DNA from: an uncultured Bacteroidales bacterium
GTDB taxonomy: Bacteria > Bacteroidota > Bacteroidia > Bacteroidales > VadinHA17
Assembly: GCA_963789985.1 (NCBI GenBank)
Contig: CAWBNA010000015.1
Span: 76,302 to 140,301 of the forward strand
Direction of reading: 5' to 3'
DNA: 64,000 nucleotides
Numbering within the stretch: the stretch's first letter is position 1; each line of letters begins with the position of its first letter. The notes beneath the pieces were generated by a model, which did no database searches, was not told where the DNA came from, and saw only the letters and a program-made list of their open reading frames with translations. Made by a program: the position numbers and the translations under genes. Shown piece by piece: positions 38,814 through 49,443 of the stretch.

Positions 38814-40376
38814 TTAACCTTTCATGACGCCTGTTAATTCAGGTTGAATTTTATCAGGCTCATTGCTGTAATGAAAGTCAAGTGACACTTTATTCCCTTC
38901 GAACTTAAAGATTATGATTGCGGTATGCGGGCTTTCTATATAACGCAATACGATTTTCAGTGTTTTTTCATCTTTCCAGCCGAAGCTCCCCGCTACCCTG
39001 GCTGGTGGAAGACCAACAAAATGAGCTTTAGCGTGTAATAATAAATCGGGCCCGTGAAGAGTAGTTTCACCGACTATCCATTTTCCTGATCCTGAAGTAA
39101 AGTCATAGTGAGCTGAATCAATCATCATGGAAACTTTACAGATATTGTCCTTAAACTGGAAGTTTATTGTTTCAAGGTGTTTATCATTTGAATTCAGCAT
39201 GTATGTTTTGCCTGAAATCTGTGAAACAAAGGCGGGACTTTTTTCTGTAACCGGCAATGGAAGTGCCAGGGATGATAATTTTTGTTTCAGTATTGTGGAC
39301 AGTTTAGTGTTTTCAGTCAATCTACCTGTTTTAATCGAAGGCAATAAATATTCCCAGATAAGGTTTAATTCATCCTGCATATCAGCGGTTTCAGCTGTAA
39401 CGGCGATTACCGCATCCTGATCGGGTAAAACAATGATATACTGGCCATAGGCTCCGTCAGCCCGGAATGCATTATGACGGCAACGCCACATCTGGTAACA
39501 ATAGCCTTGCAACCAGTCACTGGAGTCCCTTTTAGCCTGCGAAGCAGTTGGATCCTGATCAATCTTTTTGGTCGAAGCTTCTTCAATCCATTCAGGCGGT
39601 AACAACTGTTTCCCATTCCATTTGCCTTTTTGCAAAAAAAGCTGTCCGAATTTTGCCATGTCTTCCGTTTTCAGTCGCAAACCCCAGCCGCCGGTATTAA
39701 TTCCCCGGGGATCGACTTCCCAATCCATCCCTTCAATTCCCAATGGTCCGAACAACCGTGGCCTGAGGAAGTCAATAACCTTTTCTCCGGTTACTTTTTG
39801 CACAATAGCAGATAACATATATGTAGCCAGTGTATTGTAAAGAAATTTTGTGCCCGGAGCATGTACAACATGTAATGAAAGAAATGCCTTTACCCAGTTG
39901 GTTTCATTTGTAACTATTTTAAATGTCGGATCGGGGTCCTGCCCTGCCGACATGCTAAGCAAATCCCTGACCCTCATATCTGACAAGAAGGGGCTCACGG
40001 TGTCAGGCAAAGCATCAGGGAAAAAAGAAATGACTTTATCGTTTACCGACAACCGTTTTTCACTTACGGCAAAACCTACTGCAGTGGCTGTAAAGCTTTT
40101 GCTGGTAGAATATAATGTATGCCTTAGTTCAGGTTTGTAAGGATCCCACCATCCTTCAGCTATTACCTTTCCATGCCGCAGAAACATCAAACTATGGAAT
40201 TCATGTTTGCTTTTTGCGGCTGCATTCAGGAAATCAATAATACCCTGTGAAGAAACTCCTTCCGCTTCAGGAACGCTTCTGGGAAGCGATGTTGTAACCT
40301 GATCTTTTTTGTATCCGCTGAGTAAAAAGATAACCAGCAGGAATGCGAAGCCTGATTTTTTCCAAGTCATTTTCAT
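38814..40376 (-). CDS. Serine hydrolase, beta-lactamase/transpeptidase-like (class C-type) with C-terminal extra domain
   Basis: 520 aa with a signal peptide. SxxK motif STSKSF. Confidence 0.8.
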   Translation of the reverse strand: MKMTWKKSGFAFLLVIFLLSGYKKDQVTTSLPRSVPEAEGVSSQGIIDFLNAAAKSKHEFHSLMFLRHGKVIAEGWWDPYKPELRHTLYSTSKSFTATAVGFAVSEKRLSVNDKVISFFPDALPDTVSPFLSDMRVRDLLSMSAGQDPDPTFKIVTNETNWVKAFLSLHVVHAPGTKFLYNTLATYMLSAIVQKVTGEKVIDFLRPRLFGPLGIEGMDWEVDPRGINTGGWGLRLKTEDMAKFGQLFLQKGKWNGKQLLPPEWIEEASTKKIDQDPTASQAKRDSSDWLQGYCYQMWRCRHNAFRADGAYGQYIIVLPDQDAVIAVTAETADMQDELNLIWEYLLPSIKTGRLTENTKLSTILKQKLSSLALPLPVTEKSPAFVSQISGKTYMLNSNDKHLETINFQFKDNICKVSMMIDSAHYDFTSGSGKWIVGETTLHGPDLLLHAKAHFVGLPPARVAGSFGWKDEKTLKIVLRYIESPHTAIIIFKFEGNKVSLDFHYSNEPDKIQPELTGVMKG

Positions 40377-40689
40377 AGGAAATTGAGTTTAGACATTCCA
40401 AAAGAATTATCAACAAATAAATGTACAATATTTTACTTATGATCCGTCTTTAAAAATGTTTTAACGGGTTGTAAAATATGGCTGTGAGGTGACTGATACA
40501 AAGGCGGGAAGTCTTGATCCCATTCAGAGTTCCCCAAATCTTTTGTGATCAACCCATTCATCTTTTCCAGTCTATTATGTTTTTAATAACCCAATGTTCT
40601 TTGAAATGATTCTAAATAGATCCTCTTTTGCATCATTTTGAATTCTTATTCGTCATTATTCGAAAATAACCCAGGAGCAACTTTCACGC

Positions 40690-43329
40690 ATGAAAAGAAT
40701 ACTATTCACACTATTTACCCTGTTTTTGATTCTTCCGGGCTTAGCCGGTCAGACAATTACAAAGATGCAATATAAAGCGACAAGGGTTTTAGTTGCACCC
40801 ACAATTGATGGTATACTTGATGATGAGGCATGGAAAGAAGGGACCTGGGCCGGAGGTTTTACACAAAATCAACCATTAAGCGGAAGGCCTGCAACTCAGA
40901 GAACTGAATTCAAAATCCTGTTCGATGAGAATAACCTCTATGTTGCAATCAAAGCTTATGATACAAGTCCCGACAGCATTATGAACCGTTTGACCAGACG
41001 GGATCAGGTCGATGGTGATCTGGTGGGTATCATTCTTGACAGTTTTCATGATCTTCGCACAGGTTTTTTATTCGGTGTCAGTTCAGCCGGTGTAAAATAC
41101 GACCAGATGTTCACTAATGATGGACAGAACCAGAACTCATCGTGGGATCCAAACTGGTGGGTCAAAACTTCCATTAATAAAGAGGGTTGGGTTGCTGAGA
41201 TGAAAATCCCCTTCAGCCAGGTCAGATTTGAGAAAAAATCCGGAGATGTCTGGGGTTTGGAGATTGCAAGAATTATATACAGGAACAATGAGACAGATTT
41301 CTGGCAACATATTCCGAAGGATGCTCCAGGATTGGTTCATCTTTTTGGTGAAATTACAGGACTTGAGCAGATTAAGCCAAGAAAAATATTTGACGTGACC
41401 CCTTATGGTGTTGCAAAACAAGAAACCTTCCAGTCGGATCCGAATAATCCATTTCTTGGAAATGGAAGAAAGTTCAGCTTAAACGCCGGAGTTGACGCAA
41501 AAATAGGAGTTACAAACAATATGACGATGGATCTCACGGTCAACCCGGATTTCGGGCAGGTTGAGGCCGATCCTTCACAGGTCAACCTTACTGCCTATGA
41601 AACATACTTTACAGAAAAACGACCCTTTTTCATAGAAGGAGACAATATTACAAGTTTTAATATAGGAGTAGGCAACGGCTCAGCAGGAAATGATAATATA
41701 TTCTATTCAAGACGAATAGGCCGTCCGCCACAAATAGCCCCTGATGTTCAGGACGGAGTCTATACTGATATTCCCAAAGCAACACCAATAATTGGAGCTA
41801 CAAAGCTTACCGGGAAAACAAAAGACGGGTTCTCTCTTGGTTTTATTGAAGCCCTCACTGCAGAAGTAAAGGCTAAAATAGATTATGAAGGTGAAAGAAG
41901 CTCTCAGACAGTGGAACCCCTGACTAATTATCTTGTCGGCAGGGTACAAAAAGATTACAATGAAGGAAAAACCATTATTGGCGGAATGTTCACAGGCACT
42001 GATCGTGATCTGGATACAAGGCTTGCAAATTATTTGAACAAATCAGCCTATTCCGGGGGATTCGATTTCACACAATACTTCAATAATAAGAACTGGATGT
42101 TCAACCTGAATGCTGCTTTCAGCCAGGTGAAAGGGTCAAAAAAGGCAATGCAGTTAACTCAGGAATCATCAGCTCATTATTTCCAGAGGCCTGATAATAA
42201 TTATATGCCTCTGGATACAAACCGTACAACATTATTTGGCTCGGGAGGAAGGATGGAATTAATGAAGCTGAACGGTCACTGGAATTACCTGGCCTGCATC
42301 ACCTGGAAAACACCAGGTTTCGAGATTAATGATCTTGGATATATGACGCAGGCTGACCAGATGCTTTCTGTTCTCTGGGCAGGATATAATCAATTTGAGC
42401 CAAAAGGTATCTATAAAACCTATAATATTAATGGAGATTTTTTCCTGGTCAATGATTTCGGAGGTGACATAACAGGCAAAGGATTTGAATGGAACGCATC
42501 AATGTCATTGAAAAATTATTGGAGCATATGGGCAGGAGGCAATATAAACGGAGCCTCATTTTCTACAGGTATGCTCCGGGGCGGCCCGCTGATGAAATTA
42601 CCGGGAAGCACCTATGGCTCAATCGGCTTCTCAACAGATTTCCGAAAGAAGTTTACGTTTGATATTAATTTAAGCGCACAGACAGGCTTTGAAAAGTACT
42701 ACTGGAACCTGAATGCAGCACCGGACCTCTCATATAAGCCGACAAATTATATATCATTCACACTGAGCCCGGCGTACAATAAATCTTTCAGTGAACTCCA
42801 GTATGTAACAGAACTACAATATAATAACAACAACAGATACATCTTTGGCAGCATTGACAGGAAAACTTACAGCGCTTCGTTCAGAGTCAATTTCAACCTG
42901 AGCCCCGACCTTACTTTTCAGTATTGGGGCCAGCCATTTGTAGCTTCCGGAAAATATTACAACTATAAATACATAACGAATCCGGTTGCAGAGAGCTACA
43001 ATGAAAGGTTTCATACTTACACATCAGGTCAGATAAAACTCGGAAATGACAATAATTATCACATTTATGAAAATGCAGACGGGAACGATGATTACAGTTT
43101 CGCTAATATGGATTTTAATTATCAGTTTTTTCTTTCAAATCTTGTAATAAGATGGGAGTATTCACCGGGATCAAGTCTGTATCTGGTCTGGAGCCAGCAA
43201 AGAAGTGGTTATAATGACACAGGGAATATGGATTTTATAAATAACATGGGAGATCTGTTCAATAAAAAAATCAACGTACCCTATAATGTATTTCTTATTA
43301 AGTTCAGTTACAGGTTCGGGTTAAAATAA
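40690..43329 (+). CDS. CBM9-like/DOMON-like N-terminal domain + DUF5916 large outer-membrane-type protein
   Basis: 879 aa with a signal peptide. APTIDGILDDEAWKEG is typical of CBM9-like domains. Long beta-rich C-terminal region ending ...FSYRFGLK. Confidence 0.65.
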   Translation: MKRILFTLFTLFLILPGLAGQTITKMQYKATRVLVAPTIDGILDDEAWKEGTWAGGFTQNQPLSGRPATQRTEFKILFDENNLYVAIKAYDTSPDSIMNRLTRRDQVDGDLVGIILDSFHDLRTGFLFGVSSAGVKYDQMFTNDGQNQNSSWDPNWWVKTSINKEGWVAEMKIPFSQVRFEKKSGDVWGLEIARIIYRNNETDFWQHIPKDAPGLVHLFGEITGLEQIKPRKIFDVTPYGVAKQETFQSDPNNPFLGNGRKFSLNAGVDAKIGVTNNMTMDLTVNPDFGQVEADPSQVNLTAYETYFTEKRPFFIEGDNITSFNIGVGNGSAGNDNIFYSRRIGRPPQIAPDVQDGVYTDIPKATPIIGATKLTGKTKDGFSLGFIEALTAEVKAKIDYEGERSSQTVEPLTNYLVGRVQKDYNEGKTIIGGMFTGTDRDLDTRLANYLNKSAYSGGFDFTQYFNNKNWMFNLNAAFSQVKGSKKAMQLTQESSAHYFQRPDNNYMPLDTNRTTLFGSGGRMELMKLNGHWNYLACITWKTPGFEINDLGYMTQADQMLSVLWAGYNQFEPKGIYKTYNINGDFFLVNDFGGDITGKGFEWNASMSLKNYWSIWAGGNINGASFSTGMLRGGPLMKLPGSTYGSIGFSTDFRKKFTFDINLSAQTGFEKYYWNLNAAPDLSYKPTNYISFTLSPAYNKSFSELQYVTELQYNNNNRYIFGSIDRKTYSASFRVNFNLSPDLTFQYWGQPFVASGKYYNYKYITNPVAESYNERFHTYTSGQIKLGNDNNYHIYENADGNDDYSFANMDFNYQFFLSNLVIRWEYSPGSSLYLVWSQQRSGYNDTGNMDFINNMGDLFNKKINVPYNVFLIKFSYRFGLK

Positions 43330-43483
43330 CTTTACGGAATTCCTGAAGGGGTTGTCTTAATAGTCCTCTTTCGCCGGACGAGCAAGACAGGGAGTCCCTC
43401 TTCATTTTCCGTTTTCCGGAGAAGAGGGAAAAAACCTTCTCAATCTGATACCGGTTCCGAAAAAGGTAAATTTTTGCAGTATA

Positions 43484-44458
43484 TTATTTAGCTGAATCGC
43501 TCTTGTCGGCTTTTGCATTCTTTTTAAAATAACCTCTTAGTAAAAAACTGTGCTTCGCAGCCTCAAGGTCTTCATCTAATTTTTTAGAACTGCTTTCCAG
43601 GTTCCTGATAGTCTCTTTTAAATTAGTGCCAGATTCTTTATCCAGCAGCAAAACGCCCAATGAAGAATTCGGATCACTGCCAGCCTGTTTTAGATTTGTA
43701 ATAAATACAGCCGCGGTATCAGCTATTTGCTGTAATTGCCTGACAGAGGCTTTGACAGATTTAAAAACAACAGTATCTGTTGTCAATTCATTTGCGAGTG
43801 TTCCTTCTTTATTCAGGTCTGAGCTGAAAATGGCCAGCGAATTGATCAGCTGCTGGGCCTTTACAGCTGCGCTTTGAAGCGATTCAGTTGCAACATTGAT
43901 GTTTTCGTATATAGAAGTATCGTTAAGCAATTTCCCAACGGTTCCATTTCCGGCCATTAAATTATTACTGATAGTTTTAAAATCACCGGTAATAGCTAAC
44001 AAGTTCTTATTGCTTTCCTGAAGTGTATTAAGCATATCGTCTGTCGAAATAGTTTTTGCTACTTCCAGGGTGTCACCTTTATTCACTTCTGCCGACCCTG
44101 AAGTTCCTCCGAAAATTATAAGTATTTTATTCCCAAGAAATCCGTCGGTACTTACTTTGACCCTGGCATCTTTACGAATAAATTCCTGTGCTTTTGACTC
44201 AATATTCATACTTACTTCCACCTTTGATTTTCCGTAAAAATGCAGGTTGCTTACCGTACCTACTTTTACTCCTGAAAACCAGATATTATTACCCTTTTGC
44301 AGACCGCCGACATCTTCAAAAATTGAAACCACTTTTATCCTGTTTTTAAAAGTACTGTGCAGGTTGCCAACCATAAGAATTCCTCCTAAAAGAAATATCA
44401 ATCCTATGATTACAAAGAGTCCGACTACTACATCGTTTCTATCTGCCGATTCATTCAT
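43484..44458 (-). CDS. mlaD: MlaD/MCE-domain protein
   Basis: 324 aa. N-terminal TM, an MCE domain, then a long coiled-coil-like tail. Last gene of the mlaE-mlaF-mlaD-like operon. Confidence 0.75.
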   Translation of the reverse strand: MNESADRNDVVVGLFVIIGLIFLLGGILMVGNLHSTFKNRIKVVSIFEDVGGLQKGNNIWFSGVKVGTVSNLHFYGKSKVEVSMNIESKAQEFIRKDARVKVSTDGFLGNKILIIFGGTSGSAEVNKGDTLEVAKTISTDDMLNTLQESNKNLLAITGDFKTISNNLMAGNGTVGKLLNDTSIYENINVATESLQSAAVKAQQLINSLAIFSSDLNKEGTLANELTTDTVVFKSVKASVRQLQQIADTAAVFITNLKQAGSDPNSSLGVLLLDKESGTNLKETIRNLESSSKKLDEDLEAAKHSFLLRGYFKKNAKADKSDSAK

Positions 44459-44461
44459 GGT

Positions 44462-45238
44462 TTATCGAATAAAGTTATAATTATAGAAACCTTTTATATG
44501 CTCATTATCGAGATTAAACACATCTTCAAATTTTCCGGGGTTTAAAAATTTCCCTTCAAATAACATTGCTATCCGGTCGCCAGTATTTTTTGCGCATGTA
44601 AGATCATGCGTAATAATAAGGGAACTGGTGTGATATTGTTGCTGAATTTCATTGATAAGCTTAATAATTTCAGTGCTTGTAATGGGATCCAGTCCTGCTG
44701 TAGGTTCATCAAACAGCATTATCTCAGGCTTAAGAATCAACATGCGTGCAATTCCTATTCTTTTTCGTTGACCTCCCGAAAGGTCGGAAGGCATCTCATA
44801 TAACTTATCTATTAAGCCAACTGATTCGAGAACTCCTTCCACTGCACTGCTGACTTCATTTTTACTCAGGTTTTTAAAATTCATGGTCAACGGGAATGCA
44901 AGATTCTGGAAAACATTCATGCTGTCATATAAGGCACTGCTTTGAAAAGAAAATCCGACACGAATTCGCAATTTATCCAATTCCGAGTGATTCAATTTGT
45001 CAACCTGTTTCCCCAGCACTATTACTTCACCTTTATCAGGCTTCAGCAAACCCACGATGATCTTTATTAAAACTGATTTACCCGAACCGGACTTACCGAG
45101 AACGGCAATGTTTTCTCCTCTTGAAACATTAAAATCAATGCCTTTTAAAACCTGTACATCGCCAAATGACTTATATAATCCGTTAATTGAAATAACCGAA
45201 TCATCTTTATTTAATGTCTGTAAATTGTTTTTCCCCAT
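44462..45238 (-). CDS. mlaF: ABC transporter ATP-binding protein, MlaF-like
   Basis: Walker A GKSGSGKS, signature LSGGQRKR, Walker B MLFDEPTAGLD. 3-nt gap to mlaD and 4-nt gap to mlaE. Confidence 0.85.
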   Translation of the reverse strand: MGKNNLQTLNKDDSVISINGLYKSFGDVQVLKGIDFNVSRGENIAVLGKSGSGKSVLIKIIVGLLKPDKGEVIVLGKQVDKLNHSELDKLRIRVGFSFQSSALYDSMNVFQNLAFPLTMNFKNLSKNEVSSAVEGVLESVGLIDKLYEMPSDLSGGQRKRIGIARMLILKPEIMLFDEPTAGLDPITSTEIIKLINEIQQQYHTSSLIITHDLTCAKNTGDRIAMLFEGKFLNPGKFEDVFNLDNEHIKGFYNYNFIR

Positions 45239-45242
45239 CGTC

Positions 45243-46037
45243 TTAAAAATATCGGATCCAATTAGTTACCTGAACAATAACTATTTCCTCAATAAATATC
45301 AGGAATATGGAAAGCACAACAGCCTGGTTTGCCGCTTTACCGACGCCACGGGTTCCCTGTGAGGCATTATATCCTTTGTAACACCCGACAATTCCAATTG
45401 TGAACCCATAAACAATTGATTTGATTATAGATGAAAAGATATCAAGAAAGCTGATGGATGAAAATGCATTATGATAAAAGGTAAATATGCTCGTAGTTTC
45501 CTGTGCATGAACATTTACATATGAACCAAACAACCCGACAAAACTGCAATACAACGCCAGCACAGGTATGGTGACAGTAGTGGCTATTACACGGGAAACT
45601 ACCAGATATTTAAAAGGATTAATTGCCGATACTTCCATTGCATCTATTTGTTCGGTAACCTGCATGGAACCCAGTTCCGCACCGATGCCTGATCCAATCT
45701 TGCCTGCACAGATAAGCGCTGTCACCAATGCTCCTAACGCTCTTACTATGGCAATGCAAACTAATGATGGCAGCCAGGAAACAGCTCCAAATTCTTCCAG
45801 TGAAGGGCGGGATTGTTTTGTAAAAACAATCCCAACAATAAAACCTGTAAGAGTAATCAGCGACAATGATTTCAGACCAATTTCGAAACACTGATTGATT
45901 ACTTCCTTCAGATGAAAAGGTCTTTTAAATGCTTCCTTAAAAACAAGAATAGTAAATTTATAGGCTTTGCTGACGCCAACGAAATACTGGTCAATGCCTT
46001 TTGAGAAAATATAATTTCTGATGTTGTTACTAATCAT
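45243..46037 (-). CDS. mlaE: MlaE-family ABC permease
   Basis: 264 aa. Typical MlaE/Ttg2B blocks (GAELGSMQVTEQIDAMEV). Confidence 0.8.
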   Translation of the reverse strand: MISNNIRNYIFSKGIDQYFVGVSKAYKFTILVFKEAFKRPFHLKEVINQCFEIGLKSLSLITLTGFIVGIVFTKQSRPSLEEFGAVSWLPSLVCIAIVRALGALVTALICAGKIGSGIGAELGSMQVTEQIDAMEVSAINPFKYLVVSRVIATTVTIPVLALYCSFVGLFGSYVNVHAQETTSIFTFYHNAFSSISFLDIFSSIIKSIVYGFTIGIVGCYKGYNASQGTRGVGKAANQAVVLSIFLIFIEEIVIVQVTNWIRYF

Positions 46038-46825
46038 TTAGCCCTTATAATCAACATAAAGCTTAATTCTGTGACACCTTAACCTTAAGCAGAAGATTTT
46101 AACCCGCTTTTAATATGCATCTTAATTTCTCATTTGGTGTTTTATCTTCAAAAACTCCAGGTAAACGACTAAAATTATAAAATTCTTCCAAATTCTTTGT
46201 TTTTTCAATTAAATCAACATCTTCCATCGACTCTCAGCCTGAAATTTGCATCCCCGGCAGTTTCTGGCAGTGAGTGTAAAAACCCATAATCCTGATCAAA
46301 TCTGGCCGATTACTTAACAATTAATAATCATGACTTAACAAAAATCCGGGCGGTCAATTTATTCCGCACTGAAGTGATCAAGGTTATTGGCTTTGCCAAA
46401 AATAGAAAAATGGCGTTAATTACCATCAAACTTTGTTCAAATTTAAACAGATCGCCACAAAATTGATGAAAAACCTGACATAAACCCGCAATTCCTGAGA
46501 CATTGAGCATTCTGTTACGGTATAAAGGGTACAGCTCATTTAAAATCAAATGAAAATTAACCTTTTATTCTTGATATTGTGATTTTTTTGTTCCGGATTC
46601 TAATATGCCCTGAATAAAACTCTGACTGATTATTATCAGAACGGCAAAAATTCGATAGCCTGAGCGGTCTCCAGCGCTTATCAGGATATCATTTTCATTG
46701 ATCATAGCAGGCTGAACAAAATACCCGGAAGCTTTTTATTCACGGGAAGTAATAATTATTTATGACAGGATTTAATGTTTTTTCCCGGGTTAAATGGCTC
46801 GTTTCTCTGGTCAGATATTAATCTA

Positions 46826-47059
46826 TTACGCATTTTCTTCAAAGTACTTAATTGCGTCACTGACATTTTTGATTTTTTTGGCCTGATCTTCAGTAATACC
46901 TATACTAAATTCTTTTTCAAATTCCATGATCAGTTCCAGAAATTCAAGTGAGTCGGCGCCAAGGTCATTTTTAAAATTGGCTTCCGGAGTTATTTCTGAT
47001 TCGTCAACTCCCAGTTTGTTAATGATTATCTCTTTTACTCTTGTCGGGATATCATTCAT
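46826..47059 (-). CDS. Acyl carrier protein (stand-alone paralog)
   Basis: [18 protein letters not shown]...[17 protein letters not shown], with the phosphopantetheine Ser in DSL. An alternative ATG lies at 47071. No fab genes are adjacent. Confidence 0.8.
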   Translation of the reverse strand: MNDIPTRVKEIIINKLGVDESEITPEANFKNDLGADSLEFLELIMEFEKEFSIGITEDQAKKIKNVSDAIKYFEENA

Positions 47060-47218
47060 TTTAAAGATCATAAAATATTTTTGGGTCCAATCTGTCTTAT
47101 AAAAATCTGCTTTGTCAACTGTTAATCGTAACGGGCATTTAGAATTTCATAAGGAATGCGAAGATAGGTTTTAATTAGTTAAAAAATAAGTTTTAAATTC
47201 AAACGATTTTTTAAAAGA

Positions 47219-48265
47219 ATGGAAAAAAGATTATGTAAAAAAACAGGCCTCGGATTATCTGTAATAGGAACCGGTTGTTGGGCTTTTGGCGGAGGAGAAT
47301 ACTGGGGCGCTCAAGATCAAAAAGATGTGAACGATGTTGTCCATGCATCAGTTGATCTTGGTATCAGTTATTTTGATACAGCAGAAGTGTACAATGAAGG
47401 GCGGAGCGAATCTTCGTTAGGGGAAGCGATCAGAGGAATCCCAAGGGACCGGTTCTTAATCGGCACTAAGGTCAGCCCGTCAAACTGTTATGGGGAAACA
47501 CTGATTAATCATTGTGAAGCTTCGTTGAAACGCCTTCAGACTGATTATATTGATTTATATATGGTGCATTGGCCACTAAATCCTCAATCAATCAGACATT
47601 TTACAAACGATATCAGCATTATTGAAAATCCCCCTGAAATTAATGATGTCCTGGAAATATTTCAAATATTAAAACGACAGGGGAAAATACGGAATTTTGG
47701 CGTAAGCAATTTCGGCCGTAATCAATTAGAAAATTTACCACTTGAAAAAATTGCAGTGAATGAACTTCCCTATAATCTTCTTTGCAGGGCAATTGAATTT
47801 GACACCTTGCCATTTTGCGAAGAAAAAGGGATTGGAGTTATTGGTTACATGGCTTTGTTTCAAGGAATATTAGCAGATATCTATACTTCTTTGGATGGTA
47901 TTCCGTCCTGGCAGCGAAGGACGCGTCACTTCAACAGTAAAAGCACAAAGGAATGCAGGCATGGAGAAGAAGGAATAGAAAAAGAGACCAATACAGCCTT
48001 AAAAGGTATCCGGAAAGTAAGTAAAAAATCAGGCTTCCCAATGGCCGAAATTGCCATTAAATGGATTCTTGAAAACTCTGCAATCACTTGTACGCTTGTA
48101 GGTTCCAGAAATATCAACGAACTTGCAGCTAATGTGAAAGCAGTTCAAGGCACTTTAAATAAAGAAATCAGGGCCGAACTTGATCGGGTTACACTGCCTG
48201 TTATGGAAAAACTTGGCAACCATTTCGATTATTACGAAAATGCCGAAAATGACCGGACTTTATAA
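47219..48265 (+). CDS. Aldo/keto reductase
   Basis: 348 aa. GTGCWAFGG, FDTAEVYNEGRSE and DLYMVHWP blocks of the AKR family. Confidence 0.8.
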   Translation: MEKRLCKKTGLGLSVIGTGCWAFGGGEYWGAQDQKDVNDVVHASVDLGISYFDTAEVYNEGRSESSLGEAIRGIPRDRFLIGTKVSPSNCYGETLINHCEASLKRLQTDYIDLYMVHWPLNPQSIRHFTNDISIIENPPEINDVLEIFQILKRQGKIRNFGVSNFGRNQLENLPLEKIAVNELPYNLLCRAIEFDTLPFCEEKGIGVIGYMALFQGILADIYTSLDGIPSWQRRTRHFNSKSTKECRHGEEGIEKETNTALKGIRKVSKKSGFPMAEIAIKWILENSAITCTLVGSRNINELAANVKAVQGTLNKEIRAELDRVTLPVMEKLGNHFDYYENAENDRTL

Positions 48266-48366
48266 ATAATCGTTTTGACTTAATATAAGACTAATTAAAA
48301 GTGTCAATTTTAAAATTTGAAATCAGCATATAAATTACATTATCATTTATCAGGAAGGAGGATAAA

Positions 48367-49377
48367 ATGAAAAACTTTAAATCAACAAAACACCTGTTGT
48401 CCTGGTTTTTAACATTAAGCCTTTTGTTTTTAATTGTACCCGTGTTGGATGCACAGGTAAAAACTGGTCGCCCCGTAAGGGTCGTAAGCCTGTGTTTTCA
48501 AAACGAGGATTTATCCAAAATTGAAAAAATAGTCGATGAAGAAGGAGCAAAAGGTACTGATATTATTGTTTTACCCGAAACATGGAGGGGACAATCACAA
48601 CCGGAAACGCTTGAAGGAGAAACAATAACTGCATTATCCGGACTGGCCAGAAAAAACAGTACATACATCCTTTCGCCGATCGACCGGACGGATGGTAAAT
48701 CGCGGTATAACAGTGCGGTATTAATTGACCGTGAAGGGAAAGTAGTGTTCGTCTATGATAAAATTTATCCTTATTGGAGCGAGTATGATCTTACACCCCC
48801 TGTTACGCCCGGAACAAATTTGGAGCCGGTTTTTGACACAGACTTTGGCAGGATCGGAATTGCAATATGTTTTGACGCAAACTTTCCTGAAGTTTGGCAG
48901 GCTATGAGAGATAAAGGAGCCGAGATGGTTCTTTGGTCAAGTGCTTACTCTGCAGGATCACAATTACAGGCGTATGCATTATTGCACCACTATTATATTG
49001 TCACAAGCACTTACACTAAAGATTGCCAGGTTTATGATATTACAGGGAAAAAGATTCTTGAGGAGACCAGTGATGGCATTACGGTTGCAAGGGTAACACT
49101 TGACCTGGATCGCGGAATTTATCATGAAAATTTTAATATGGATAAACTGGCTGATCTGTTAAAAGCCCATGGTGAAGAAATAGAAAAAGAAATATCCATG
49201 CCACGTGAACAATGGTTAGTATTGAGAGCAAAAAAGCCAGGTGTTTCAGCCCGTGTTCTGGCTAAAAAATTTGGTATGGAAGAACTTGCCGACTATCAGA
49301 ACCGCAGCAGAAAGGAAATTGACAAAAGAAGGGGGTTTAGCTTTACAAAAAAGCTATACCTTTCAGAGCAGCAGTAA
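48367..49377 (+). CDS. Carbon-nitrogen hydrolase (nitrilase superfamily) with signal peptide
   Basis: 336 aa. Signal-like N-terminus LLSWFLTLSLLFLIVPVLDAQ. Glu-Lys-Cys triad contexts IVLPETW, YDKIYPYW and IGIAICFDANFPE. Confidence 0.75.
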   Translation: MKNFKSTKHLLSWFLTLSLLFLIVPVLDAQVKTGRPVRVVSLCFQNEDLSKIEKIVDEEGAKGTDIIVLPETWRGQSQPETLEGETITALSGLARKNSTYILSPIDRTDGKSRYNSAVLIDREGKVVFVYDKIYPYWSEYDLTPPVTPGTNLEPVFDTDFGRIGIAICFDANFPEVWQAMRDKGAEMVLWSSAYSAGSQLQAYALLHHYYIVTSTYTKDCQVYDITGKKILEETSDGITVARVTLDLDRGIYHENFNMDKLADLLKAHGEEIEKEISMPREQWLVLRAKKPGVSARVLAKKFGMEELADYQNRSRKEIDKRRGFSFTKKLYLSEQQ

Positions 49378-49443
49378 GAATAATAATCATGAGCAACGAT
49401 ATTTTAAAAAACTATCGCGTGCGATATAATTAACTTTTTTATT

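Noticed and set aside
43396-43428. 8-bp stem hairpin CCCTCTTC...GAAGAGGG between the convergent DUF5916 and mlaD genes as a bidirectional terminator
   Set aside because: The A/T tracts are on the wrong sides for both directions (A-run follows it on the + strand, T-run precedes it on the - strand). It is not a canonical intrinsic terminator.
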